From the NCBI GenBank assembly GCA_002633185.1, contig NWBM01000002.1, forward strand, positions 322,950-386,949: a stretch of 64,000 bases of DNA, read 5' to 3'. The translations under genes and the position numbers were made by a program. A model generated the notes under the pieces. The model worked only from the letters and a program-made list of their open reading frames with translations, was not told the origin of the DNA and made no database searches. This document shows positions 1 to 12,763 of the stretch, in pieces (the first letter of the stretch is position 1; each line of letters starts with the position of its first letter). Source of the DNA: Lachnospiraceae bacterium Phil5 (GTDB lineage Bacteria; Bacillota; Clostridia; TANB77; CAG-508).

Positions 1-975
1 CTAAAAGATTATAACAAAGATTATTCTTTAACACTTATCAAAACAACTGAAGATACATCTATTCCCTATCTTAATTTCTTTATAGATGATTACTATTCTA
101 ATAAAGAAAAAAGCAATGAATTTATAAGTTACAGAAATTCAATTTTAAAACTAGTTGATGGTACTTTAAAGAAAATAACAAAAAGATTAGCTAATATTAA
201 TAAAAAGCTTAAAGAATGTGATGGTAAAGATATTTACAAGCTTTATGGAGAAATTTTAACAGCAAACTTATACAAATTTAAGGAATTCGAATCAGATTCC
301 GTGGAATTAGAAAATTACTATACAAATGAATTAATAACAATTCCAGTTAATAAAAATTTATCTCCTTCTGTAAATGCTAAAAATTATTATAAAAAATATA
401 ATAAGCTAAAAAATGCATTAGAAGTAGTTAATAAACAAAAGTCTGAAACAATACAAGAATTAAAATATATTGAGAGCATTTTGTATTCTTTGGAAAACTC
501 AAAGGATGTTGTTGATATTGATGAAATTTTCACTGAAATAAAAGAAAATGATTTGTTCTTTTCTAAAAAATCAACTAATGCTAAATCTTCTAAGACTAAA
601 AATACTAATAAAAAGGCAAATCCAGAATATAAACCTATTGAATATAAAATTGAGAATTATACATTCTTGGTCGGTAAAAATAATAAACAAAATGACTATC
701 TTTCTACTAAGGTTTTGAAAAATCATGATATATGGTTTCACGTTAAAGATATTACATCTAGCCATGGAATTTTGATTACTAATAATACTAAACCTTCAAT
801 TGATGTAATTATTAGATGTGCTGAAATTGTTGCTTATTACAGTAAGGCTAGACAATCTTCTAATGTGCCTGTGGATTATTCATTAGGGCAATATGTTAAA
901 AAGCATGCAAATTTCAAGCCTGGAATGGTTATTTATACTCACAATTCTACTGTGAATGTGCATCCTAAGCAATAA
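1..975 (+). CDS. rqcH: NFACT/Rqc2 (FbpA-like) ribosome quality control protein, 5'-partial
   Basis: Frame open from base 1; motifs LYGEILTANLY, SPSVNAKNYYKKYNKLK, VGKNNKQND, WFHVKD..SSH, VPVDY, KPGMVIY. Confidence 0.9.
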   Translation, partial: LKDYNKDYSLTLIKTTEDTSIPYLNFFIDDYYSNKEKSNEFISYRNSILKLVDGTLKKITKRLANINKKLKECDGKDIYKLYGEILTANLYKFKEFESDSVELENYYTNELITIPVNKNLSPSVNAKNYYKKYNKLKNALEVVNKQKSETIQELKYIESILYSLENSKDVVDIDEIFTEIKENDLFFSKKSTNAKSSKTKNTNKKANPEYKPIEYKIENYTFLVGKNNKQNDYLSTKVLKNHDIWFHVKDITSSHGILITNNTKPSIDVIIRCAEIVAYYSKARQSSNVPVDYSLGQYVKKHANFKPGMVIYTHNSTVNVHPKQ

Positions 976-1009
976 GAAAAGTATTATTAAGAGTTTATGA
1001 GTAAAAGTA

Positions 1010-1035
1010 AAAGGGCAGCTGTTTTGCTGCCCTTT
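1010..1035. terminator. Bidirectional intrinsic terminator
   Basis: AAAGGGCAGC-tgtttt-GCTGCCCTTT hairpin between convergent genes. Confidence 0.75.
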
Positions 1036-1045
1036 GCTGATTATA

Positions 1046-1219
1046 TCAGCCTTTGTTTCTGACTCTTATCGGTCTCTTGTAGGCCATAGTCAGATCCTTG
1101 TGGAGATCCGGGTTGCGTGTTGCTAATGAGGAAATTTTGTCCCAAGTTTTTAATTTAGACTTCCACTTTCTTTCCTCATTTTCCTTCTTCATCCGGATGA
1201 CATCTTCAATCGTAGCCAT
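1046..1219 (-). CDS. Small orphan protein, 57 aa (MATIEDVIRMKKENEERKWKSKLKTWDKISSLATRNPDLHKDLTMAYKRPIRVRNKG), not in ORF track
   Basis: Strong RBS AAGGAGG before ATG, upstream TTTACA-17-TATAAT promoter, downstream terminator. Confidence 0.65.
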   Translation of the reverse strand: MATIEDVIRMKKENEERKWKSKLKTWDKISSLATRNPDLHKDLTMAYKRPIRVRNKG

Positions 1220-1348
1220 TTTGCTACCTCCTTAATTATTTTTATTAGCAGGTAATACCTGCTTACATATTATATTATACCACTTTTTTCTGTTTATGTA
1301 AAGTTTTTAAGTTCTCTTATGTATTTTAACACATTATTTAATAATTAA

Positions 1349-1888
1349 TTATTCCTCTGGATTCAATATTTTTTGTATCTCTTCATTGTCCAAAATTACT
1401 GGATTTAAGCATCCTTTAACATAGTCCATTGTCTTTTTGTTTTGTAATAATGCAGCTTTAGCAATTTCAATATCAGATCTTGCATCAAGTGATGCATATT
1501 TTATAATTATCCCTTTGTTTTTTACTGCTTCTAATACAACTTCTTTATCATCTCTTAGTTCTTTTGATGCATAGTATAATGCTTGTCCATCATTTTTTAC
1601 AGCTCTTAAAATAACATCCTTGTCTCCTCTTAATTCATCACTTGCATAACAAACTGTCCAACCGACATTTTCAACAGATTTCATTAAAATATCTTTATCA
1701 GCTTTTAGTCTGCTACTTGCAAACTCTAAAGCTCCTGGATTTTGTGAAACAGCTTTCATAACCATTTTCTTGTCATCTTTTATGTTGTCTCCTGCCCATT
1801 CTAAGTATAAGCCAGATTCTTCTAATGCTTTATCATATACTGCCCTATCTTCTGAATTATTTTTTAATTCCTCTATTTCAAACATCAA
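1349..1888 (-). CDS. DUF4116 repeat protein
   Basis: Repeats like ALYYASKELRDDKEVVLEAVKN. Confidence 0.85.
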   Translation of the reverse strand: MMFEIEELKNNSEDRAVYDKALEESGLYLEWAGDNIKDDKKMVMKAVSQNPGALEFASSRLKADKDILMKSVENVGWTVCYASDELRGDKDVILRAVKNDGQALYYASKELRDDKEVVLEAVKNKGIIIKYASLDARSDIEIAKAALLQNKKTMDYVKGCLNPVILDNEEIQKILNPEE

Positions 1889-1935
1889 TTGTCACCTTTC
1901 TTTTTATGAATATTATCTTTCAGCTATATAACTAA

Positions 1936-2175
1936 TTAAAAACCTACCTTATATTCTATATGCTCCATAAATGGAAACATTTCTTTAACTCTTTTGTGTG
2001 TTATTATTGCAGTTCTTGGTTGTGGATTTTTATCATCTGCATCTAATAACTTTTGGGTATAACAATTTTCAGCTGTTTTAAACAATAAATATCTGTTTCT
2101 AACATATGTAAAATACATTTGATATCCATCATCTAAGTTTTTGTCGAATTCTTTAAATGTGTATTTACCATCCAT
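1936..2175 (-). CDS. Conserved-looking small hypothetical protein
   Basis: 79 aa ORF with AAGGAG RBS directly downstream of ligA. Confidence 0.7.
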   Translation of the reverse strand: MDGKYTFKEFDKNLDDGYQMYFTYVRNRYLLFKTAENCYTQKLLDADDKNPQPRTAIITHKRVKEMFPFMEHIEYKVGF

Positions 2176-2188
2176 ATTTAGCTCCTTT

Positions 2189-4231
<2,043 letters not shown>

Positions 4232-4237
4232 TTATCC

Positions 4238-4876
4238 TTAATTTTCTTTACTTGTAATCTTTTCTTTTTCGGTATGCTTAGCATTTGGGTTTAATAATTC
4301 TTTTCCATTTTTCAAATAATCGTATCCAGAAAATACTGTTGCAATTACAGAAATTGTCATTAAAGCTGTAGATGCGATATTTAAAACAAGATTAAATCCT
4401 TGCAAATTGCCATTAATAAATGCTCCAAAAGAATTCATATCTACTAAAGCTAGTATTAATGCTATCATTTGCGTTACAGTTTTTAATTTGCCCCAAATTG
4501 AAGCAGCAATAACATTTCCATTACTTCCAACTGCAACTAATCTGTAACCTGAAACCATAAATTCTCTAAACACTACAATTATTGGAATCCATGATGGTAA
4601 TCTATTTGCTTCAACAAGCATAATCATTGCTGTTAAAACAAGTATTTTATCTGCAATTGGATCTAAAAATTTTCCAAAAGTAGTTATTTCATCTCTTGAT
4701 CTTGCTATATATCCATCTAATTTATCTGTAATAGATGCAATTATAAAAATTGCATCTATTATTAACCATGTAAATGGTATTCCAAACAAATCGCCACTAA
4801 CTGGAATAAATGGAATTATAACCATAATAATTACTAGTATTATTCTAAAAATTGTCAATTTATTAGGTAAGTTCAT
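4238..4876 (-). CDS. pgsA: CDP-diacylglycerol--glycerol-3-phosphate 3-phosphatidyltransferase
   Basis: MNLPNKLT start; DKLDGYIAR..FGKFLDPIADK motif. Confidence 0.95.
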   Translation of the reverse strand: MNLPNKLTIFRIILVIIMVIIPFIPVSGDLFGIPFTWLIIDAIFIIASITDKLDGYIARSRDEITTFGKFLDPIADKILVLTAMIMLVEANRLPSWIPIIVVFREFMVSGYRLVAVGSNGNVIAASIWGKLKTVTQMIALILALVDMNSFGAFINGNLQGFNLVLNIASTALMTISVIATVFSGYDYLKNGKELLNPNAKHTEKEKITSKEN

Positions 4877-4892
4877 ATTTCCTCCTTAGTCT

Positions 4893-7784
4893 CTATACGT
4901 TATCATCATTAACTATATTCTCTATATTTTCAATAATGTTTTTTTCTTCTGTTTTCTCTGTTTTATTTTCATTTTCTGTAGTTGTTTTAGTATCTCCTGG
5001 TGTTACTTTACTCTTCTTTTCTTTTTCCTCGCTATAAACAACTTCTAATTTATCAATTAAGCTTTGAAGTTTTTCCATATCTTTTCCAACCATTTCCCAA
5101 TCTCCATTTCCTGTTGATTGTTTTAGGTTGTCATTTGCTTTTATTATTAATTCAATTAATCCATTAACTTCATTTGTATCTTGAATTTCAATGTTTATAG
5201 CATCATTTGAATTTAAATTGAATAATGCTTCTTGTAAATTGTCACCAATTGCCACTTTACTTCCTGATGCAACAACAATTTTCTTTAAAGTTGGAAGAGA
5301 ATTTTCTTCATTTATGTATTGTTGATATAGTGCTTCTATGTAAAGAAGTTTTTCATTTACTGGAACTACTGTAACTTGTTTTGTTAGCTTTGTTCCTGTA
5401 ACATTTAACTTTTCTATTTGTTTGTAAATTGCATCATTTTGTTCTATTTGAGTATCTAATTGCAATAAACCTACAACATTGCTATCATCCGGAAATTCGT
5501 ATAATTGTAAACGTGGTTTCCCATTTTCATATGTTCCTACTAAATATGATGTTAAATTTTGTTTTCCGCTTATTGTATATGGCATTACAAGTCCTATTAC
5601 ATTTTTGCGATTATTTATTGTTTTTAATGCTGTATAATATGGTTCAACTGGAGCTATGGCACCTGCAACTGCTGAATTTCCAGTGCTATATGTTGCTATA
5701 TCCCATACATCATCTGCTCTATATAAAACATCTGCATGAACACTATGATATCTTCTTAAAGCTTCAGCTTGAATTTTGTATAAATATTTAGGATATACAA
5801 AATGTTTACTTATTTCTTGTGGTATTTCTTCATCTAAGTCAACAAATAAATTTGAATATGCTTTTCTATATGCCATAACAATTGGATCTGTTCTATCTGT
5901 AATATAGAATTTTGTTGTTCCATCATAAGCATCTATTATTACTTTTACTGAGTTTCTAATGTAATTTATTTCTTGACCATTTATATTAATTTTTTGTGAA
6001 TATGGATAATAATTTGATGTAGTATATGCATCTAATACCCATACCATTTTTCCGCTATCTGTTATTACTAAATATGGATTTTCGTCATATGTTAAATATG
6101 GCATAATTTCTTTTGCTCTTTTAATTATATTTCTGTTTGGCAAAATTTTGCTATCTGAATTAACATCTGATGAAAGTGCAAGTTTTGCATCTCCATGTGA
6201 TATTGCAAGTATTAATCTATCTAAGAAAGATACTTGTAACCCTGCTTGTCCATCATATTCATTTGTTTCATTTTTTCCATCTGTTATTGGATAATCAAAT
6301 TCAGTTTTTGTTGTACTATTTGTTACAATAGTTTCATTAGTTTGAAGCCCGAAATAAATACGTGGCTCCGTAATTTTTATATCTTTATCTGTAAATCCTT
6401 TTTGATAATTTTCTAAGTTTCCTGTTGAATTAATTTGTGATGCTGAAGTTGCAATTGCACCGTATCCATGTGTGTATTCATAAGTTGAATTTATATATGA
6501 ATTATCTTGGTTAACAATTTCTCTTGGTGAGATATATACCACTTTATCTTCACCATTTACTAGGTATTCTCCAATTTGACTTGTATTATAAGCATAATAT
6601 CCTTTATTTGTTAATGTTCCATTCAAGCTTTGTAACACCAAATCTTTATTAACAATAGAAACTTTGCTTAATAAATCAGCATTATTGTTTATATCTTCGT
6701 CTGTTAGCGTACCTAAATTTTTAACACTTATTTCATCAATTTGAATTCCATAAGCTTTTCTTGTGCTTTCAATATTGTAAGAAATATAACTCTTTTGTCT
6801 GTCCAATTCATTTGATTTTATAAATATTGAATTATATCCTATTAATGTTACTCCCAATAAACATAAATATACTGGAACAACTAAAATTGAACCAATTACT
6901 TTTTTTGTTTTTCCTTTATCATAGAATGAAACAGCCATAAATACTGAAACAACTATTAATATGCTTAATAATCTATATCCCCATAGTTTTATACTTACAT
7001 CTGCAATTCCTGCTCCATATAATGAGTATGAAGTTTTATCACCAACAGTTAAAAATTTACTTGAAGATAAATCTTGTGTTTTGAAAAATGCCAAAGCTGC
7101 AAGCAATATTGATAATATTTTTACATTAAATAATAATTGTTTTACTATTCTACTTTTCTTTAATGTTTCACTTCTAACACCATCAAATTGAGTGTTTAAA
7201 GTTATAATAAAATATATTCCCATATATATTGTAAGTGCTATAACTGTAATAATTCCAAACCATACTATATACTCTAAAAAAGGTTTTTGGAATAAATAAT
7301 ATCCTATATCATTATTAAAAATTCTATCTGCACTTTCAAATGATGTGCTATTTAAAAATAACATTAGTTTATTTGTTGTTAAATTTGAAGTAAGAACACT
7401 TACTATAACTGAAACCACTAATGAAATTGATTTGTTTGGAAGTTTTGGCATAACCTTTTTTTCATCATCATAAAAATCTTTTAAACCAATATATATTCGC
7501 TTATTTGCTGCATATATTGCAAAAAATAGTATTGTAAATGTTACAAATATAGAAATTGATTTATATTCAAAATTTTTCCAAAATACGTTAACATATTGGC
7601 TTCCAATCTCCATCTTTTCTAAATAAGATCCTCTTAGCACAATAAAGCTGGTAATAGCTACAACTATTAAAAACGTTATTACAACTATTGGCCTTTTATT
7701 TAGTTTTTGTTTTGGAGCTTTTTTTACTTTCTCTTTTTTCACATTTACTGAAGCTTTCTTTTCTTCAACTTTTTTCTCTTCCAT
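4893..7784 (-). CDS. UPF0182 family membrane protein
   Basis: N-terminal TM helices; YTHGYG, EPRIYFG, DAYTTS.YPYS, NYIRNSVK motifs. Confidence 0.9.
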   Translation of the reverse strand: MEEKKVEEKKASVNVKKEKVKKAPKQKLNKRPIVVITFLIVVAITSFIVLRGSYLEKMEIGSQYVNVFWKNFEYKSISIFVTFTILFFAIYAANKRIYIGLKDFYDDEKKVMPKLPNKSISLVVSVIVSVLTSNLTTNKLMLFLNSTSFESADRIFNNDIGYYLFQKPFLEYIVWFGIITVIALTIYMGIYFIITLNTQFDGVRSETLKKSRIVKQLLFNVKILSILLAALAFFKTQDLSSSKFLTVGDKTSYSLYGAGIADVSIKLWGYRLLSILIVVSVFMAVSFYDKGKTKKVIGSILVVPVYLCLLGVTLIGYNSIFIKSNELDRQKSYISYNIESTRKAYGIQIDEISVKNLGTLTDEDINNNADLLSKVSIVNKDLVLQSLNGTLTNKGYYAYNTSQIGEYLVNGEDKVVYISPREIVNQDNSYINSTYEYTHGYGAIATSASQINSTGNLENYQKGFTDKDIKITEPRIYFGLQTNETIVTNSTTKTEFDYPITDGKNETNEYDGQAGLQVSFLDRLILAISHGDAKLALSSDVNSDSKILPNRNIIKRAKEIMPYLTYDENPYLVITDSGKMVWVLDAYTTSNYYPYSQKININGQEINYIRNSVKVIIDAYDGTTKFYITDRTDPIVMAYRKAYSNLFVDLDEEIPQEISKHFVYPKYLYKIQAEALRRYHSVHADVLYRADDVWDIATYSTGNSAVAGAIAPVEPYYTALKTINNRKNVIGLVMPYTISGKQNLTSYLVGTYENGKPRLQLYEFPDDSNVVGLLQLDTQIEQNDAIYKQIEKLNVTGTKLTKQVTVVPVNEKLLYIEALYQQYINEENSLPTLKKIVVASGSKVAIGDNLQEALFNLNSNDAINIEIQDTNEVNGLIELIIKANDNLKQSTGNGDWEMVGKDMEKLQSLIDKLEVVYSEEKEKKSKVTPGDTKTTTENENKTEKTEEKNIIENIENIVNDDNV

Positions 7785-7823
7785 ATTTTCACTAACCTTT
7801 CTTTAATATATTAGTGTGTTTAT

Positions 7824-8729
7824 CTATATAAGTGCATTTACAAAATCTTCGGAATTGAATTTTTCCATATCATCTATTTGTTCTCCAACTCCTATAAATT
7901 TAACTGGCATTTGGTTTTCAGATACAATGCCTATAACAGCTCCGCCTTTAGCTGTTCCATCTAATTTTGTTAAAATTAAACCGTTTATATCAACTGTTTC
8001 TTTGAATGCTTTTACTTGTAAAATTGCATTTTGTCCTGTTGTTGCATCTAATACCATTAGTACTTCTTGTGTGCTTTCTGGAAGCTCTCTATCTATTATT
8101 TTCTTTATTTTTATAAGCTCATCCATTAAGTACTTTTTATTGTGAAGTCTTCCAGCTGTGTCGCAGATTAATACATCTGCATTTCTTTCCTTTGTTATTT
8201 TAATTGCATCATATACAACAGATGCTGGATCTGAACCTTCATGTCTTTTTACCATTTCACATCCTGCTCTATCTGCCCATATTTGAAGTTGTTCTACTGC
8301 TGCTGCTCTAAATGTATCTGCTGCTGCAATTACTACCTTTTTTCCGTCTTGTTTTAATCTATTTGCAATTTTCCCTATTGATGTTGTTTTTCCTACTCCA
8401 TTAACACCTACAACTAATATTACTGATGGTGTTGTTTTTAAGTTTAAGTTTGAATCTACTGAATCTAATATGTTTTTTATTATTTCTTTTAAAGCCTTTT
8501 TTACATCTTCTGCTTCTTCTATTTTTTCTTTTTTTATTTTATCTCTTAATTCAGATATGATTTTTGTTGATGTTTCAACTCCTACATCTGACATTATTAG
8601 TGCTTCTTCTAATTCTTCTAATAAATCTTCATCTACTTTTCTAAAATTGCTAAATACATTATTTATTTTTTCATTTATTGATGTTTTAGTTTTACTTAAT
8701 CCGTTTTTTAACTTGTCAAAAAATCCCAT
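7824..8729 (-). CDS. ftsY: Signal recognition particle receptor FtsY
   Basis: GVNGVGKTT, DTFRAAA, DTAGRL, TKLDGTAKGG. Confidence 0.98.
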   Translation of the reverse strand: MGFFDKLKNGLSKTKTSINEKINNVFSNFRKVDEDLLEELEEALIMSDVGVETSTKIISELRDKIKKEKIEEAEDVKKALKEIIKNILDSVDSNLNLKTTPSVILVVGVNGVGKTTSIGKIANRLKQDGKKVVIAAADTFRAAAVEQLQIWADRAGCEMVKRHEGSDPASVVYDAIKITKERNADVLICDTAGRLHNKKYLMDELIKIKKIIDRELPESTQEVLMVLDATTGQNAILQVKAFKETVDINGLILTKLDGTAKGGAVIGIVSENQMPVKFIGVGEQIDDMEKFNSEDFVNALI

Positions 8730-9010
8730 TTTAATTTATCCTCCTGTTGCCAATTGGGACGGTTCTTTTTGGCTATTTTATTGATGTTTTTTATTATGTC
8801 CCTAATTTATATTAATCCATTGAAATTATACTATATTACATAGTTTTATGCAAGGGATTTTTTAGGGTTTATGTAATAAAAAATGTTATTAATTTAAACG
8901 CTATTAGCACAATTGTATTTTCTATTATAATTTGTCTTATTCATCAATTCCTTTATCTATAATTAAGATTTTTTATAAGCAAAAATAAATTTCTACAAAA
9001 TTGCAGAAAT

Positions 9011-9625
9011 TTATTTGTTTGATATAGTTGTTTCAATAAAATTAATGTAACCTGTATCATCAGATTGCATGTTTTTCTTATCTTCCTCTGTAAGATAAAT
9101 ATCATACTTATTGGCCTTTTTATTTACCATTATTGAACTTAATGGATATCCTTCTTTTCTTTCTTTAGTAGGTGTATCTACTAAGTAGTATTCACTTGAA
9201 ATCTCTGTATGTGTTGAAACTTTACCATTTTTTATAATAACCATTCCAGATATCCATTTTGTGTTTAGCTTACCATCTTTACCATAAGTTTTTACTAAAT
9301 TCGTATAATGCTTAATCATTTCTTCATCGCTTAATCTTTTTCCATTAACTCTTCTTACATAAACTCCTGGTTGTTTATCTTCTGGAATACCTTCTATGTA
9401 TAGTGTGTCATCTATTGCCATTGTTGGAATTTTTGTTGCTTCATAATATGCTTTTGCTTTTATTGTTGCATTTTCTATGGCTGTTTTTCCGTTTTCTTCT
9501 ATATTTATGTTGATGTTTATATCTTTTAGTGATTTTACTGTAATTCCTTTGTTTTGTAGTTTTTCAGAAAATCTTGCGACTTTTGATGCGTTTCCTGTTG
9601 CAAATAATAGTTCTTTCATTTTCAT
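9011..9625 (-). CDS. Ham1/ITPase-like non-canonical purine NTP pyrophosphatase (divergent paralog)
   Basis: FATGNASK, EENGKT..ENA..KA, DD..LYI, PGVYVRR. Confidence 0.8.
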   Translation of the reverse strand: MKMKELLFATGNASKVARFSEKLQNKGITVKSLKDINININIEENGKTAIENATIKAKAYYEATKIPTMAIDDTLYIEGIPEDKQPGVYVRRVNGKRLSDEEMIKHYTNLVKTYGKDGKLNTKWISGMVIIKNGKVSTHTEISSEYYLVDTPTKERKEGYPLSSIMVNKKANKYDIYLTEEDKKNMQSDDTGYINFIETTISNK

Positions 9626-9646
9626 GCCTCCTGAATATTTTACTTT

Positions 9647-9952
9647 TCAAATATTATAAAACAATTTTGTAAAAATATCAATTAATTTATCGTACCATAA
9701 TGCTCTATTTATCGCTAGTTCTGGATCATATGTTTCATCTATTCTTTCTTTATTGTAGAACTTTCCATCTTTTGATTTCATTTTCAGTTGGTTACAATTT
9801 GTAACCGACTCATTTCCTTCATCTTTTAATCTACATTTTAATACTTTCCAATAGTTTCTTGCCCTTTGATAATCACTTTCCGTTAATGCAGCTACGATAT
9901 CTACTATTGAGAAAAACCATTTTAACCTTACAAAAAATTTCACAACTTTCAA
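9647..9952 (-). pseudogene. Bro-N/antirepressor-like gene remnant with deletions
   Basis: WFFSIVDIVAALTES..RNYWKVLK.RL..EGNESVTNCNQLKM..DGK joined almost directly to KERIDET.DPELAINRAL; short, no clear RBS. Confidence 0.7.
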
Positions 9953-9984
9953 AAACAGCTAAACCTATTGATTTAGCTGTTTTT
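9951..9984 (-). terminator. Terminator downstream of tRNA-Thr
   Basis: AAAAACAGCTAAA..TTTAGCTGTTTTT inverted repeat. Confidence 0.65.
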
Positions 9985-9986
9985 AG

Positions 9987-10062
9987 TGGTGCCACCATGC
10001 AGAATCGAACTGCAGACCTACTGGTTACGAATCAGTTGCTCTACCAACTGAGCTATAGTGGC
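9987..10062 (-). tRNA. tRNA-Thr(CGT)
   Basis: 76-nt cloverleaf GCCACTATAGCTCAGTTGGTAGAGC..TTCGTAA..GTTCGATTC..GGTGGCACCA, encoded CCA. Confidence 0.95.
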
Positions 10063-10165
10063 ATTATATATATCTAGTTACAAAAGAAATTATATTTTTT
10101 ATTTAATAAAAAGTCAATAGTAAAATTCAAAAAAGCAAATAGGATAATTCCTATTTGCTTTTTTA

Positions 10166-11707
10166 CTATTTAGCATATTCAATAACTCTAGTTTCTCTTA
10201 TCATATTAACTTTGATTTGTCCTGGATATTCCATTTCATCTTCAATTTTCTTTGCAATTTCTCTAGACATTAATACCATTTGGTCGTCTGAGATTTTGTC
10301 TGGTTTTACAATAATTCTTACTTCTCTACCAGCTTGAATTGCAAATGATTTGTCTACTCCTTCGAATGAATCTGCAATTTCTTCTAAGTTCTGTAGACGT
10401 TTGATATAAGTTTCTAAAGTTTCTCTTCTTGCTCCTGGTCTTGAGGCTGATATAGCATCTGCAGCTTGAATTAGCACTGCTTCTAATGTTTGTGGTTCAA
10501 CATCTCCGTGGTGCGCTTCTACTGCATTTATTACTATAGGGTTTTCTTTATACTTTTTAAGTATATCAACACCAATTTCAACGTGTGTTCCTTCCATATC
10601 ATGGTCTAGGGCTTTTCCTAAATCATGTAAAAGTCCAGCACGTCTTGCAAGTTTTGCATCTAATCCTAATTCTTCTGCCATTATTCTAGCTAGGTTAGAT
10701 ACTTCTATACTGTGGTTTAATACGTTTTGTCCATAACTTGTTCTGTATCTTAATTTACCAATTAATTTAACAATGTCTGGATGTAATCCTATAACTCCAG
10801 TTTCCATTACAGCTCTTTCTCCTTCTTCTTTGATAATAGCTGCAATTTCTTCTTTTGCTTTTTCAACCATTTCTTCGATTTTAGCAGGGTGGATTCTACC
10901 ATCATCAATTAATTTTTCAAGAGCTAGTTTTGCAACTTCTCTTCTTAATGGGTCAAAACCTGAAATTATAACTGCTTCTGGTGTATCATCAATTATTAAA
11001 TCAATTCCTGTTAAAGTTTCTAATGTTTTTATGTTACGACCTTCTCTACCTATAATTCTACCTTTCATATCATCATTAGGTAAAGATACAATTGAAACTG
11101 TTGTTTCAGATGTATGATCTGCAGCACATTTTTGTATTGCGTAACTGATTATTTCTTTTGCACTTTTATCTGATTTTTCTTTAACTTCTTCTTCATGGCT
11201 ACGTATTAAAGCTGCTTTTTCTTGAGTTAAATCTTTATCTACTTCATTTAATAAAAATTTCTTTGCCTCATCTACAGACATTCTTGAAATACGTTGTAAT
11301 TCTTCTCTTTGAGAGTTTATTACTTTATCCATTTCTTGAGATTTTACATCTAAATCAGCATCTTTTTGTATTAATTCTTGCTCTTTCTTTTCTAATTGTG
11401 CTATTCTATTTTCTAAGTTTTCTTCTTTTTGTACTAAACGTCTTTCTTGTACTTGTACTTCGCCTCTTCTTTCTTTAATCTCTTGATCTAAATCTTTTCT
11501 TGCATTCATTATTTCTTCTTTTGCTTTAAATATTTCTTCTTTTTTTCTATTTTCAGCATCTTTTGTTGCTGTTTCAATAATTCTTTTTGCTTCATTTTCT
11601 GCATTTTGTATTTTAGATTCAGCAATTTTCTTCCTTAGGAAAAATCCTACAAATGTGAAAATTACTGCTGAGATAAGAAAAACGGCGATTATGATTATAG
11701 CGTCCAT
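10166..11707 (-). CDS. rny: Ribonuclease Y
   Basis: N-terminal TM, coiled coil, KH ([11 protein letters not shown]), HD (LLHDLGK). Confidence 0.98.
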   Translation of the reverse strand: MDAIIIIAVFLISAVIFTFVGFFLRKKIAESKIQNAENEAKRIIETATKDAENRKKEEIFKAKEEIMNARKDLDQEIKERRGEVQVQERRLVQKEENLENRIAQLEKKEQELIQKDADLDVKSQEMDKVINSQREELQRISRMSVDEAKKFLLNEVDKDLTQEKAALIRSHEEEVKEKSDKSAKEIISYAIQKCAADHTSETTVSIVSLPNDDMKGRIIGREGRNIKTLETLTGIDLIIDDTPEAVIISGFDPLRREVAKLALEKLIDDGRIHPAKIEEMVEKAKEEIAAIIKEEGERAVMETGVIGLHPDIVKLIGKLRYRTSYGQNVLNHSIEVSNLARIMAEELGLDAKLARRAGLLHDLGKALDHDMEGTHVEIGVDILKKYKENPIVINAVEAHHGDVEPQTLEAVLIQAADAISASRPGARRETLETYIKRLQNLEEIADSFEGVDKSFAIQAGREVRIIVKPDKISDDQMVLMSREIAKKIEDEMEYPGQIKVNMIRETRVIEYAK

Positions 11708-11851
11708 AATCTTACACCTCTTTCTATTAATTTTTCAATGTTCAGTTTAAATATATTTATTTTTTCAAATTTATATATATATTTCTACTTACATACCTAT
11801 TTTATATGTATTATTGTAAACTGTCAAGTGTTTTTTAGGAATTGGATTTTG

Positions 11852-11880
11852 TTGACATAAGCTATGCTATATGGTATAAT
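11852..11880 (+). promoter_or_regulatory. Consensus sigma-A promoter for orphan gene
   Basis: TTGACA-17 bp-TATAAT with extended TG. Confidence 0.75.
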
Positions 11881-12097
11881 GAAAACATACTTTTGTAACT
11901 AGTGTTCAATAAGACTTTGTTTCCAGAGCACAATGTTTTATTGAATGCTTATATATACATAAATATTATGAAAGGAGTCATTTTATCCCTTGGCATCTGC
12001 TACAACTGTGGCAGATTAACCCTTTATATCTATATCTCCCCTCGAGATATAGTCACATATAGATATCACATTGAAAAAGAGAAAAAGGAGAAACATT

Positions 12098-12667
12098 ATG
12101 AAAGGCGAATATGCAAATCTTCCGGGTCTTCTGGTTTCAGATGAACTGGACGAAACAACAGAACGGCTGATTCATGAACTTGAAGTTCCTGTTGAATCTG
12201 CTGCAACCGAATTACCGAACCAAACATTAAAGTTTGAGTTTGCCGGATCTGTATTCTGTATCGACCCACACGACCTTAACCAGGTTGTTGATGCTCTGGA
12301 CTTTGAAATTGGGTCACTCTCTTTGGATTACGATTCCATAGAAGCCGAAAAAATAATTGGTACAATTTTGAGCTTTGTGCCAGATTCTATGTTCAATACA
12401 GATGATCTTTTTGAAGTACTAATGACACTTCCATGTGAAATTGTTCTTCAAAACATCTGTGATCGTACAACGCGTTGGGGTGAAAATCGTTTTTATTATC
12501 TCCTGACAGTTTTCGGTCTTAAAAATCTTCCTAAGGATTTCCTTAAGAAGAATTGTCGGAATCCAAAGTTCCGTCAGGCAGCGTTTAGTTATGATAGAAG
12601 TTTCCAGAATAACTCTGAGCAAAGAAAATTCTTAGCTAAATTCTATGATCCTGCTATTCATAAGTGA
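12098..12667 (+). CDS. Orphan hypothetical protein
   Basis: AAGGAG RBS before ATG 12098, own promoter and terminator, atypical codon usage, no recognised family. Confidence 0.7.
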   Translation: MKGEYANLPGLLVSDELDETTERLIHELEVPVESAATELPNQTLKFEFAGSVFCIDPHDLNQVVDALDFEIGSLSLDYDSIEAEKIIGTILSFVPDSMFNTDDLFEVLMTLPCEIVLQNICDRTTRWGENRFYYLLTVFGLKNLPKDFLKKNCRNPKFRQAAFSYDRSFQNNSEQRKFLAKFYDPAIHK

Positions 12668-12671
12668 TTCT

Positions 12672-12709
12672 AAATCCCGCACGCATTTTATGTGCTGCGG
12701 GATTTTTTT
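12672..12709 (+). terminator. Intrinsic terminator
   Basis: AAATCCCGCA..TGCGGGATTT followed by T-tract. Confidence 0.8.
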
Positions 12710-12763
12710 ATTTTTTGTAGACTTTTTAACTTCTGTTTGTTATAATACACTTGGTGATAAGTT

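Noticed and set aside
9647-9952. Bro-N fragment as another CGG-recoded gene or an intact prophage
   Set aside because: The damage is by deletion, there is no in-frame CGG, and no other phage genes are nearby.
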